Assembly: GCA_977030845.1 (NCBI GenBank)
Contig: OZ365115.1
Span: 2,418,001-2,482,000, forward strand
Reading direction: 5' to 3'
DNA: 64,000 nucleotides
Source of the DNA: Fimbriosthenelais zetlandica
Lineage: Eukaryota
Shown: positions 10,141-23,603 of the stretch, piece by piece
Position numbering within the stretch: position 1 is the stretch's first letter
Layout of the letters: every line of letters begins with the position of its first letter
Translations under genes and position numbers: made by a program
Notes under the pieces: generated by a model
Database searches by the model: none
Told to the model about the DNA's origin: nothing
Seen by the model: only the letters and a program-made list of their open reading frames with translations

Positions 10141-10688
10141 GTTCCTACTTTGGCCGAGGGTGGCGCCTTAAATATCAATTACCTTAGATCAATTATAACA
10201 GATAGTGGATGCAGATATCCCTTCAACGACCAATTATGGAAATAATTATTCTTTAAGTCAAACCCTATTGAATAATATTGGAATATATATTTTTCTTTTC
10301 ACATTGACATGCAAATGTTTTAAGGGGATGGGGGATGGGCGGGAGCTAGGTTTTGAGGAGCTAGGTTTATTTCTTAGATAAATAATTTTGTGGGGAAATG
10401 GATGAAGATTGAAATAAAATAAATTAACACAAGAGACGATGGAATATATGGAGGGTGAAAATACTGAAATATATAAAATACCTGGTAAGAATTAAATTTA
10501 TATTTCAATCCCGTCTTGCCATGAACTAAATAAAATTGGCCATACAACTCTCCAGCCCCGACACAGGAAAGGTATTCTAATAATCGCCTCCTAACCTTGT
10601 CTATAGTATATATATACATGTATAACACCAGCTTGTGAGGTCGTGTGTACGTAGCTTGATCTCCTCATTCACACACCACTCAGCCACC

Positions 10689-13678
10689 ATGGATGGCACA
10701 CACCACGCATGGTGAGTCTACCTTTAATATTACTCATCCCTACCACCCAAACCTTTATTTTATTTACCATCATAAATCCATATTTGTGAATCCTTCTTCA
10801 TTTCCCTTTCCTGAAATGACTTGTATCTGATATTGATATACTTTTTGGGGGTTGAATTTTGATTTTCATCGCTCCCACCAATTGTGGTGGGAACCTTTTC
10901 ATTAGGAAGCTTAAATGAATGAGTGCGTGACTGTCCAGTTTCCTGTAATATAAGTCGTGTAACGTGTACATCAATGACATGCCTCATGCTGCTTTCATTT
11001 TACCATTCAGTAATCTTTGTATCTTTGTTTTGCCATTTTACTACAACTTAAACCAAAGAGAGTAAAATAAAGTTTATTTTACTCTCGTTGCTCAAACAAA
11101 CATTAATATAACCTTTAAAATAAATCTTAAATCGGATCCACGAGAAAATGTTGCATAAAAACACGTTTTGTCATATTATAATAAGCATAGATCCCTTGAT
11201 GGGAGTTTTAACAATAATTTGGGTTTTTCAAGCCAATAAATTTGGCATGATAATATATTTTTGGTAGAGAGTGAGAACCGTGAACTGTGGGTCTAGTATT
11301 GATAGAGCCAAGCTCTGATTGTCATGGTAACCGTGGTTGCCCTGGTTACCTCCCTGCACTCTTTATACAGGTAAACATGTATAAAAGTCATTCAAGTTTA
11401 TTGACCTTGGATCTTGGCATAAACATTCTACGCAAAACTCCCGTACCTCAGTTCTCATTCACTAATAATATCCATGTTCAGCCTGGAATACACTAATCCG
11501 ATACTCCAATCCGTCGCCATCCGATTTCTAATGATATCTAAAGATTGAAATTTTGTCAATGGATAGCCCTACCTAGGCGTAAAGGACTTTTCAAATTACA
11601 AGCATTTGTTGTGAATAGAAATACAGTTTCGGAGAGCTATCGGATGGCTCCGGATAGAGAATCGGATTAGTGTATTCCTGGCTTTAACCAGTAGGATTAT
11701 TTCCATTTTGTGTGATAACATAACATTTATGAGATGGAGTTAAAGTGGGATGGGTAAAGTTTTTGCTTACTATTTTCTCTTATCATTATTCTACAATCCA
11801 TTCATCAGAACCTTCTCTTGTATAAAATGATATCATAAGAATTCTGTCATTATTGAGAAAAGAACTGAGAGAGATGGGTCTTAAATGCAGGTGTCAAAAA
11901 TCCTTATCCGCTATATTCATACCTGAAATCTGGCTCTGAGGACACAGATGTAATGTGTGTTAGTTATAGGAAAGATGGTGTCGAAATTCATTAATTTTTG
12001 TCTCATATGTAAGGAGGAAGACTTCCTTTCTTGTGAAATACACTTTCAAATACATGTACACCATAACAATAAAACATGTACAGAATACATATAGAAATAA
12101 AACATGACAGGAGATGGAGGTCGGGCGACAGCTTACCTATATATATACGTACTATGTATACTGCTAGTCATGATGGATCTTGATTTAGTATTATTGTAAC
12201 TCAGTCATTCTGATCAATAGTTAGATGTGGGACCATTGTATTCGCGTTGTGACAAAATGCTATAAAATGGTATATTCATCGTCTTGCACGTATAATGATA
12301 CAGGTGAAATGGCATAAAGGCCTAGGCCTAGGCCTATATTATAGGCCTATTTGCCTATATTTCCACATTTTTCTAATTCGCGAAATTGCGTTATTAACAC
12401 CATGGGAATTTCTTAAGCCATATCGGCCTTCAATTTAATGGAAAATGATTTAGAAAAAAGCCCTTTATTTGTGTAATAAAACTCTCGAATTTCCTTATTG
12501 TATATTTGTATAAAAGGAGTTTTAGTAAATCCAATTTGGGTACGTTTCTGTACTTAGTGAAAGCCTATCAAATAACGTGGTCTCTTTTTATTGTTTTAGG
12601 TGTGCATTGTTGATTATTTTCTCCTCACTCATCCTCTGGCCTGGCTCAACGACAGCAGCTGACAACAACAACAACAACAACTGTCCCGATGACAAACAGA
12701 GGGAAAGTCAAGTAAATTACATCTTTTACCGGACGCTGGTTTTCTATGGGGATGGACCAGCCATTCTGAATGCCACACGTGAACAATTCAAACAGGAATG
12801 GGGCTCCTGTTTCGACCTGGGCAGATTTGGAGCCAAAATGGCTAACTTTTACGAATCTTACGGGATAGATGTGGCTAAAATAAGACAGGACCCGTACAGA
12901 TTTCACTCTACGGATATGTACGACCTTCTTCCGTTAATTTACGACAATGATTTCCGGTTGATTATGACGTCATTGTATGATTTTAGTCGCTTTATGAATT
13001 CACCGGTGAATATTGCAGCTTGGGAACTCAGGTTTAAGTCGCCATTAAAAAACTCCCTGTATGATATTCCAGAAGGTTCTTATATTTTCTACGGGGCTTA
13101 TAGGTAAGGGAATTATTAATTATTCGTGCATTAGGCCCACTATAAATGTGTACAAAAAGGTCAAGGTCGACGCACAGAACTCTGAGAGCTAACAGTTCCT
13201 TGACAAGAGCTTGGGAGATGGGTGTCGCCACCTAGTGTGTTGCCTTGTTCCAGAGATACCCTAGTTCCATGGCTGCAGGGATACTCTCTATAGTGAGTAT
13301 CCCTGGAACTAGGCTACACTCTCTAGCCAACAGCTGCATGTCCTATTTCAAAAACAATAGAATTTCATCCAATTGTTTAATTAAATTCACTAAATTAACA
13401 TAATTTAATTTACTTTTCTCCTTATCATCAAATTTAAAATTGTATACTCCCTTAATTTATCTTTCAGGTTACGTATACATGGGAGAGACTTCTGCCTGCC
13501 GTTTCACTCCCGTACATTTGTCGGACCCTCTAGTCCACCTTATGTTCCACTAGACCTGACAGTGAACAGCGACGAGTGGGGTCCGGGGTCTGACAGGGGT
13601 CTCATCACCCTCAAAACACCATACACAGAAGGCTTCCAGATTAGAAATGTACTCATGTTCCCACCCGAAAAACCCTAA
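10689..13678 (+). CDS. Uncharacterised secreted protein, 245 aa, 3 coding exons (10689-10711, 12600-13103, 13468-13678)
   Basis: The start is in a perfect Kozak context (GCCACCATGG at 10683-10692), and exon 1 ends TG|GTGAGT. Acceptor TTGTTTTAG|G at 12600, donor AG|GTAAGG at 13103/13104, acceptor CTTTCAG|G at 13468, TAA at 13676-13678. Both introns are phase 2 and the 738 nt are open throughout. The N-terminus MDGTHHAWCALLIIFSSLILWPGSTTAA looks like a signal peptide; the protein ends GFQIRNVLMFPPEKP. A TATA-like TATATATA lies at about 10607-10616. Confidence 0.82.
11480..11683. mobile_element. MITE family B, copy 1 (intron 1 of the secreted-protein gene)
   Basis: TIR AGCC(T/A)GGAATACACTAATCCGAT; the internal sequence is nearly identical to 44290-44500. 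Confidence 0.85.
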
Positions 13679-14428
13679 AATACTAATGTGAAAACAAAAC
13701 TGGATCTAGCCGGATTAGACTGGATTGATCTAGCCGGATAAGAAATTCAAATTCATAATCAATGGGTGTCTACTACTGACAGTGACCTCTAGAAAATGAT
13801 GAGAAGTTGAAATGATCAGAAAATCAAGGCGTGTTCGCACTCATGCTATAGCTGGTTACCGGCCCCAATTATCTCCAGGAAATGACGACGTCCAGAGCAT
13901 TAGTATTGTGTCCCCGGGGACTCTGCGACGACTCTCCCAAATCTCCCAGGAAGTGACTAAATAAGAATTGTTAGCAATATCACTCAATCAAAATCAAAAG
14001 GTGTGTTCGCACTCTATAGCTGTGGCCCAACGCTAATTATCTTAAGTTAATCAGTGTTTTTTTAGACTCAGAGCTCTAATAATAATTATAATTAATACCT
14101 CTGTGAATATTATTCACGAGTTGAAATCCCGCCTGATTTTAATGTAAAAATAATTAAATGTTATCGCTTCTACGACAGGTAAGGTAACCAATTAAAATTA
14201 ACTTATAATTGTTATATTGAGAGAAGAAAATTAATAAATTTATGGACAGCTTATCCATCAGATGTGCATAAGTAATAATATGTTACCCTATATTCTTTAT
14301 AATGAATGAATTAATATTGAACAAATACACGGAAGGAAGGTATGAATGGACCAAGGATAAATGAAAGTGAATGAAAGAAAGTATGAATGAAATGATGTAG
14401 GACTGGCGAGAGAAAGGACGAAATTCCT

Positions 14429-14464
14429 GAAGGAAGGAAGGAAGGAAGGAAGGAAGGAAGGAAG
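14429..14464. repeat. (GAAG)n microsatellite
   Basis: Direct inspection. Confidence 0.9.
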
Positions 14465-16504
14465 AATAGAAGGAAAGTATTATTAGGAAGCCTATAATAT
14501 TATATCATGGACAAAGATCTGGATGGACATCTCTACTCAGATCAATCTGGGCTCACAGTAAACCATGGTTACACCGATCCGCCTGTAGGTGGCAGTAGCG
14601 TTCTACACAGAGCAGTTTGTGAGCATCTGGGAGCTACTCGGTCCGTCAGAATGTATTCAGACACCAGTTAGTTCAGACTATAGGAGCAGTACGGGTCTAA
14701 CTTCATCCACCAATCCACCTACACCTAATCTGAAACTTCCTCAAGGGAAAGTTAACATCAAAATCCCAGAAGCTGAGTCGGGTTTTATGTAGTTTTTCAT
14801 CGTTAAAGTTCATTGGAAGCTTTGTTCTCAAGCTTACATGGCATGAAGGACTACTTTAATTTGAGGAACTCTGGGAAGTTGTAAGCGGTGACTCGTTTGG
14901 AATGGTCATCCACTTTAAAGGTAGTTCCACCCATTGAAGAACAGCGCACGACATCTAAATAGACTGCTCACATAATTTAAAGAGTGCTCACATTTTTAGA
15001 CTCCTGAATTTGACAAATTCGGCTCAATTGGAGAAACTATTGGACTAGTAGTTACTCAACTTTTCACTCCTTCTGGGATATTTATCGATTTTTATGGATC
15101 TCTCTTTCTCTTAAAAGGGAGTGTTTTTAGGGGCGCTCTTTGAGCAGAGACATATTTCAATTGATCAATTTTTGAGATAATTTTTGGCAGAAAGAAATTC
15201 CAAGAAAGGCGACCATCTCAGTGGACAACGCACACAAAGAGGACCTTCTCGACATTGGACAAAGAAAGGATTAAATTGAGGGTCTTCAGAAAACATTGGT
15301 AAGTTTTTAAATTCTCTTTTTATATGACTAGCCCTTACCTCGAAATAGCTTCTAACAAATTCCCAATTCTATGAAAACTAAACAGGTTGTAATATCTTCT
15401 CGCAGATGAAGATCATGGCAATTTCCATCTTGACATTCTTTAATGCCGGAAATCTTTGCCATGAGTGATAGACGGGGATTTCCATAGTAGGGCAAATTAC
15501 TCCTTTGGCACCAAAGGTGGGGAAACTGCTTTTCCTCAACTCATCTTGAAGGCTATATATGGACTTTAACACCTGGCTTTAACATCGAGCTTTAAAGGTC
15601 AGAAATGTGGGTGGTGCTATACCCATTAAAGTAACGTTCACCAACTCAGGCAGCCACTGAAAAGGCACGCATTAGCGGGATTATTTTTTTTTTTTATTTA
15701 GGATATTTATACAGCGAACACAGGGGTCATAGGCTCACGGGGCACAATAAATGTGGCTAGTCCATGGTATTCTGCCTATTGCTGTTTTTCAAGGGGCAGA
15801 CTAGAGAGGGAGGTGCTTTGAGTGGGTTAGTAGAAAGGATGATGTTAGAATTAAAGCTTAAAGTTTTGAGTAGTGATGGATTGTGGGTTAATGGTAATGG
15901 TTTGTGGGTGATTATGAGTGTATGTGAGATGGGGATGGGAATATGATTGAGGGTGACCGGGAAGATGCAGTTATAAGGGTACTTAAAGGGGGAAGGGGGA
16001 GGGGGTACTGAATGTACAATACTCATGTGTATACCTCATCTTATGGAAAGGGACCGTATATAAAGAGTATAAATGTAGGGCTCCATTGGGGCCATATTAT
16101 AGAGCGACAATGTCGCCAGGTGCATGGGACAATGTACGACAGAAGCGACAATTCAATCTCGTATCAAACAAAAGGAAACATTTAAATCCTTTTTATAGGC
16201 CCTACAACTAATGTAAGATTACAAATCCTCATGTCCATAAACATCAACAGAGAATGAGAGGTTTTTTGATTTCTGACCCTTTACTTTGCATCTAAAAGCG
16301 TGCAAAGACATACAAAGACTTTTCTATTGACAAAAAATGAAAAGTGAGGATGTAGGAATGGCGGAGGGGCACCACCACATGCTACTTCCGGTGGTTGTCT
16401 AAAGGCAGGGGACCAGGACAAAGGAGAGTGTTTATAGCGCCACCTGTGGCGCTCTCTGGTCATTGTCCTGGTCCCCTTTTCCGGTCAGGCATAATGACAA
16501 GAGA

Positions 16505-16613
16505 GGAAGAGGGGAAGTGGGGGAAGGAGGTGTATGTAGGGGAAGAGGGGAAGTGGGGGAAGGAGGTGTATGTAGGGGAAGAGGGGAAGTGGGGGAAGGA
16601 GGTGTATGTAGGG
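16505..16613. repeat. 36-bp tandem repeat, 3 copies
   Basis: GGAAGAGGGGAAGTGGGGGAAGGAGGTGTATGTAGG x3; this explains the EEGKWGKEVYVG ORF. Confidence 0.9.
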
Positions 16614-19399
16614 GATGGAGGGGAGATTAGGGGATGGAGGGGAAGTCGGGGGAAGGAAGTGGAAGTGGGGGATGGATTGGGGGGATGGATTGGGGTGGGA
16701 TGGAGCGGGATTGGGGGATGACAGAGAGAAGAGGAGAGGAGGAGTGATCCCCCAAAATTAGTATTTGACCAGAGGCAAAGTCCTGACCCCGAGAACCTTT
16801 GATGAATGTACAGATTAGAAGAAAACCTAAAGATTCTATTCTTAGAAGAGGGTCATGTGATCAGCTGACCTCACTCACGTCATATCACGTGCCCATGTGA
16901 CGTCATAGAATGCCTGGTTTCAGGAGGTCAGCAGTTGTCATGGATACAGGATTCCATCACGGCATGTAAGGCTGATATTTACTACCCACACTGAATCACC
17001 TTCATTCCGCTGGTCCTGGTCAAGGCCAGTAATGCTCATTTTCAGAGCATGACGTCACGACAATGACGTGATTAACCCCGGTTTATAGCCATATACCTGA
17101 GACGTGTCAGCAACTTTGATCATGAGTAGATGAAAAGCAATATTTTAAACAAGTGCCCATTTTAATCAGAACTTTATTCACGAAATGTGCACTTTTTATC
17201 GCAATCAAACCCATGGAGCGTCCCTGGACATGATTGTGGGCACATAGTGTCATTACCCAGTTTTTCTAATGGGGGATGAACGTCTCATTAAACGTCATAA
17301 TTCCCGTTTCTCCACACGGGCGTCATCGAATCATGGGTACCTCACTGCACAGTAATTGATGACGTCAGAGAGCGTGTGTCAGACAGGGCGGGGGGATATA
17401 CTGGGTGGCACAAAGCGAGGCATTCTACACGTACGCCTATCGATTCAGACGGTATAGTCACCTTTGAAGTTGCTGTATAGGATTAGTTGTACTGATTGAC
17501 AGGTTACATGTAAAAATAAATCTTTATATCGCTAAAGGCTTTTGAACCGCTAAAATCACTCTTTCATTCACTTTGTAACTAATACTCGACTTGCGACGAT
17601 TTACCGACATTGTATCCAACATATATATCACAGGCCCTTGACAATATTCGTTTTGAAACACTCTTGGACCCTCCTCCTATCAGAGATTTGTTCAAATAGT
17701 ATTTCTCTTTGTGAAGAAGCACATGCTGGACCCAACTTTTCACCTATCTTACCACTTGTCCTCCCACACCCACCCATTTCCTTCAGAAATCCTGGATCCA
17801 CTCTTGTTGTGCCGGGGAATTGCACCACTGATTGTTCAGCTAAGTGGAATTGAAGCTATACCTCACTTAAGGGAAAATTCCACCAATTTGCTTCCATTCC
17901 AAAACACCAAACTCACCAACACTGAGTCATCCTTTTACCTGAGGGAACCACACCTCGTGTCACCATTAGTCCTACTCCGAGTTTTCTCTGGATCAATTAA
18001 TAAAATTAATTTGAATTAAATCACCTTAATGAAAAACCTAGTGTGAGTAACCTATTGGGACATGTTCCATCCAATCAACCTAATGAGAATTAAGGATGTG
18101 TTAAATAAATGCCGGAAGGCATAAAATTATTGTACAATAATGACATTTGTGTTTGGACTATACTACATCTATATATAGATGTGCCTAAAAGTACAACACC
18201 TTTGCAAAGATAATATCATTGAAACTAGAGAAATCGATTAAAAGATAAATTAAACATATTGTTCAACTCACACTTGGGTCTGGTCCAAGCACTATACACT
18301 CCACAAACCGATCGGCCAAATTTCCATTAGGGACAGAAAAAATATTACAAATCTTTAATTATGGCAAGCATCTTGATACAAGCATCCCACTTTGATGAAA
18401 AGAGAAGAAGTTCATTGACAATGCTTCAGTTTCTGCTCGGTTGAATCCCTACATTAAAAGTCAAACTTTCAACACTCGATACAGATGAATCGAGTCGCTT
18501 TAAACTTTAATCGCTGGCCAGAAGACACTCAGAAGAAATCAGAGAAATTCAGGATCACAGTCTTGAAATTCAAGATGGCGGATTTCCCTGGGTAATCGAC
18601 CATTGTTGATTCCAATCGGAGCTCAAACTACCTGAGAAATCCCATGCCAATGCTTCCTTAAACATTTTTGAGTACATATTAGGCTTAATAATTATGGTCT
18701 ATAAAGTTCAATAGAGGAATATGACAGTCGAAATAGAAAAGTACAAAGAAGTACAACTTCCATTCTAAGAATTTACTAAGGGTAAGAGCTTGTCGCTTAA
18801 ATCTTACAAGTATCTTCTAAAGTATATCAATTTTCTTTGAAATATCACATGGTTGTTTTTAAAGTAATTAGTCAGTCTTCATTATTGGAAGGCTGTGTTT
18901 TGGTCGGAAGTTGGTCCTGTTTCATAACCTTAGGCTAAAGCATTAGAAACAAGCCCCGACCTGCATGGATGTGGTCGACCTGTAGGTGTGAAGACAAAGA
19001 GCAGCCCCTGGCTTTATTTGGGATCAAGTTAGACAGGGTTCCAAGGTTCGGGAAGGGACTAGGGGGTAGCATACCATGTATTTTCGATTAATAATTCAAA
19101 TAACAAGTCATTCAATGAATACAAATCAAATTTTTATATTAAAGAAGACCCCTTACACGATCGTACGAAATACCACAAGAACAACGATGGCTTCAGATGA
19201 CGACATAAATTCAATTTTCATGAAAAATATGAACACATTTTTAGAAGGCAAACACAGTTCTTATAATTGGAGGATACAATAAATCACAACAAAATGGTAG
19301 ATTCAATATAAAATATTGATGGCGATGGTTGAAGTAAAGGTCATATAAACCTAAGGGTTAAGAGACTGTAGCTCTAGAGAAAAGAGGCTCATGGTATAA

Positions 19400-19431
<32 letters not shown>

Positions 19432-19450
19432 GGAAGGAGAGAGAGAGAGA
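19400..19450. repeat. (GA)n microsatellite
   Basis: Direct inspection. Confidence 0.9.
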
Positions 19451-20030
19451 GGGGATGGGGAGTGTGGGGAGGTGGGGGGCATGCCATGGCTGACCAATCG
19501 ATGCAGCATTAAGGAAGGCCACACCTATAACCTTAATGTTGGTGTCTTATTAGTAAAATGACCTGCACTCAAACCCATCCTCCAATACTGGGTCTGTGAC
19601 CAGCCGTATACATTTACCTTGTACTTGCAACCCATGCAATATTGAGAGCCTTTCAACTATTAACCCGCTTTAAGGGCATTCTCTACTATAGGGACATACG
19701 CGCAGATTATATACAAAGGATTACCTTCATTGACAATGCTAATTAAATACACAAACAGAAACTGTTCACAAATCCCATGCATGCATTCGTGCCCGTTAAA
19801 AAAGGCCTGTTATTTTTAAGAAATGTTAAGCCAATGGTCAATATATTATAAAACGGTCTCCCACATGTTTCAGTTGCTCATATTTAGGTATATGCATCCC
19901 CAGCAGGCCTATACATGTACCCCCAATAGTGCATGCACTATGACATGAAGGTTAGTGAAAGTGCCAACAATAGTCGGGAGGGTTTACTCTCATAACACTA
20001 CACCTAAACTCCCTCTGTAAAATTGCATGC

Positions 20031-20760
20031 CAGTTGCAAAAATAAAAATCCTTTGACGAAATAAGCCCCAGGACATGCTTGTCAGACACCATTTTGGAAT
20101 GACAAGCCGGTATAGCCATCATGCCATCCTGGGTAACGTACTAACGTTCCACACCTCTGACTTCCCCCCCCTATAGCTCCCATGGAACTCCAGCCCATCC
20201 AGCCTTCATAAATAGGTGTGTTGAGAATACTGGTGTCTCCTTTCATATCCCTGTATTGTCTTCCCAATCGAGGGTAGAATCGATGAGCGCCAGGAGCGCC
20301 ACGTCACAGACAAAAGGCAGGGTACAATAGTCCATAGAAAGAAAAAAAACAAAAAAAACAAAAGACTGACTGAAAAACTCTGGCATTCACACGATGTCAG
20401 GCAGCTGAGGAAATGTTCCAATAATTTATACTGCTAATTAGACTTCTGTCTTTACGTTTTCTCCATCTGTTTTTTTTTGCTTACAGTTGATCGATAATAA
20501 GATCGTTAATTGTCTTCGTTAATGTCAGTTCTTTGTCTTTCCTTGGCAATTATATTAAATGGCTAGATCCGCTGAGGCATTAGGCATAATATATTATATA
20601 TTATTTTATAACAATATAGCCCATACACACATCAGAGGAGGGGAACATTACAACGTCATAATGATATGATTTAAATAAGACCTGCTTGCCATTCCAAAAT
20701 GATGTCTGAAAAGCAGGAATAGGGGCTTATTTCGCCAAAGGATTTTTAACTTTGCAACTT
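20031..20760. mobile_element. Old non-autonomous DNA transposon with about 80-bp imperfect TIRs
   Basis: AGTTGCAAAAATAAAAATCCTTTGACGAAATAAGCCCC...CATTTTGGAATGACAAGC at 20032-20107 is inverted at about 20682-20759. No TSD is recognisable. Confidence 0.6.
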
Positions 20761-23603
20761 GAATAGAATAGTTGATATGTGAGTATTTCTGTAGTTGATT
20801 AGCCTAACTCGAATCATTCTTATTTAAATCTATGTCTGTTACAATAAAAAACTATTCCCATGATTAAAAGTACACGTTGATAGATTCACTGAGATAAAGG
20901 TAGTTCTTTGCCCTATCAATGATAGAGGCATTCTCTATTAATGTCTGAATTAAGACGTCTTAGCAACCAACCTGTGAACAAGAATTTCCATTTTCGAAAT
21001 TTACCTAATCAGGGTCTTAAGAAATAAGACATCTTTGTATGAAGAGTTCTCTAAACCCACTCAAACTCTAAGAAGGGCTTAGGGGAGCTCTTTTAAGGTC
21101 ATTCCTTTTCATAGATGCATCTATCAGAATGAACGAATTTAAAGGCAAACCTTATCAAACATTAAACGGTTCTAATTTATTTACACATGTTCAACATGTT
21201 CAACACAGCCCCCAGTTCATAAAAAAAATGAAGCCCCTGTAGAATGTGAAGCCCCTCTGTAACTCTGTATCTTTCTATCAGTTTCACACTCTATCAACCT
21301 TAAAGGTGCATGCACATAATATTTCCACACTCGTCATCCACAAATTCAGCAGCGGAGAACAGTTACCAATGAGGCCTCCCTCCCATGATAACAAGGCTCG
21401 GGCATGGTTTGGGTTTACTTAAGGAGCAATAGAGGAGGCGGTCAGGAATCGTGAGACTCTATGATGTCTACCTTTGTCTTTTCATCTGGCCTTCCTCTTT
21501 GGAAGTAATTCATTGTTATCTCATGGATGTAATGGACGCATTCTATAAGATCCAAAAACAAAAGACGGACCCACAAAGCGACAATGATACATTAATAATG
21601 GGTCAAATACCTCAATAAAAGCCCGGAGCAGCGTACATCAATGCCGGTAATGCATCTTTTACCTTTCATACGGTCCCAGTCTTTGAGGTGCGAGAAGACA
21701 GGAAGAAGTGATCGATATAAGAACGAGTACAGACATATTGCTTTAATTCTCCTCAGACCTTTGTCTCCCTTCCCTGCCCCTCTCTTTATCTCTCCATCCT
21801 CTCACAGGGGTCTAGGAAACTGGGGGGCCACAGGGGTTACGGCCCCCTACCAATGAATTTTGAGGGGGGCAGTATATATGCCCCCCCACAAAATTATCAT
21901 GCATAATATAATTGTAAAGTTTATAAAATGGACATGGTAACGGGAATCATGGAGATCTTCGTCAAGAACTCAACAAATCAATAGTTGAGTTGTGGATGGT
22001 AATGGACAAAGTCTCAATCTTCTCCACAGCCAGCCGAATCTAACCGTCCCTGGGCACCCTCTTCTCAGTTTCAAGGCACCAGATGCCACGGTGGTCCCTG
22101 ATCCGGTCCTGTGAACAGACTGGTTCCCCTACTTTTCAGTTGCTTCCTGCGCCCCTGGTCTCTTTTCCCTCTCCTCCCCTTTTCCCTCTCCTTCCCCCAC
22201 CAGGATCCTGGTAGCCAGCGCCGTGCCCCGTGAATGACCTACAAATCCTCTTGGCTGCTCGGGAATTGATTCCCAAGAAGCAATAATGATTCATGTTCCC
22301 AGCTGCGGCTTCAGATGGTCACATCTCCCTCATCTGCTCTACCTTAAGCTTTGTGGTATTTTTCTCTCTATATAACCTTCCCTCCAAAAGCTTCTTTCTC
22401 TTTCAGTTATCTCATCAACGGCATGCATTCCCCCGCCATCTTCCTTCTATACTTCCCTTCTCCTTTATGCAGTATTTTTATTCACTTCTCTCTGGCCGTT
22501 CTTTAAATTTCCATTCTCCTTATTTTTCATTTAGAGCATTCTTCTCCTGATCTTTTAATCATGTCCATGTATCTTCATAATGCATGCTCCTCCATTTCTG
22601 AATACCGTCTGTGAACTTCTCCACCTCTTTCTTTCGTTAATGGTCTTTTAGGATAATGTCATATAGGTGCGTAGGCCTATATATGCAGTCAATGGAATTA
22701 ATAAAGATAATGCTAACACGAAGAGAAATTTCAGTTATTGTTAGCTAGTATAATGTTCTGCCGAGAATAAAATGACACAGGCCTGTTCAATTTATCTTTG
22801 CTTCCATCTTTGTCTTCAGCAATCTCATGACCTTTTATTCGCGCACTTTAAGGTAATTACAGAGTTATCAATGCTTATATCAACAGGAATCCTACACCCT
22901 GCCGTATGCAGGTTTGATATACGCCTGCATGCATGCCTGATTAGTACGCCTATTATTATCTGATCAGATGTGCAAATAATAGGCCAATTAATGCTGGCAC
23001 ATTTAATTAGGTGGAGTCACACCTCATGTTTAATTAGTAATACATGATTAGATTGCAAGAGGGCAGCAGTGTAGAAGGAGAAAATGAAGATAGAGACATA
23101 ATTAATGAGAGGGTGGCAGGATGATGATTACAGCCTTAATTAAGATTGCATCTCTTTGGAGGTGGGTGGCTGGATCATGTACAATGTGAAAACCATTGTT
23201 TAGGAAATGAAGAATTAGGTGCATGTCTGGATGAGTGGATAACTACAGTTATATGCTTTCCCCAGAGAAAGACGTTTCTCTGTTATCCAGAATTATAAGA
23301 GTACAACAGATCAGAAGCTTACAAGACATACATTAGCGACCAGTGTAGTTTTGTAGTGATATGCCGATCACAGTTACTAGAAAAAAGTACTGAAAGATTG
23401 TTTGAGGCATTTATAAGGGATGTACATCAAGGCATCATTGCAATATTCTTGGGTGAGTGTGATTGAAAGTATATAAAAGCTGCAAAAGCTTGGACAAAAT
23501 AAGTGAAGCATGCACATTGCTGATTAGGCCTAGAGGTACAATATTATAGGGTGTTACTTGAGACACTACTTCTAATCTTGAGGATGGGGGATTTATTTTT
23601 ACC

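Noticed and set aside
14480-15600. Possible decayed LINE reverse transcriptase (a WHEGLL hexapeptide at about 14838-14855)
   Set aside because: The surrounding RT motifs are absent in all frames; one short match is insufficient.
3694-15790. Shared about 60-bp segment (ATAGGCAGAATACC.TGGACTAGCCACA) at about 3694-3757 (+) and 15700-15790 (-)
   Set aside because: Probably the 3' end of an ordinary interspersed repeat; too short to classify and not linked to the genes.
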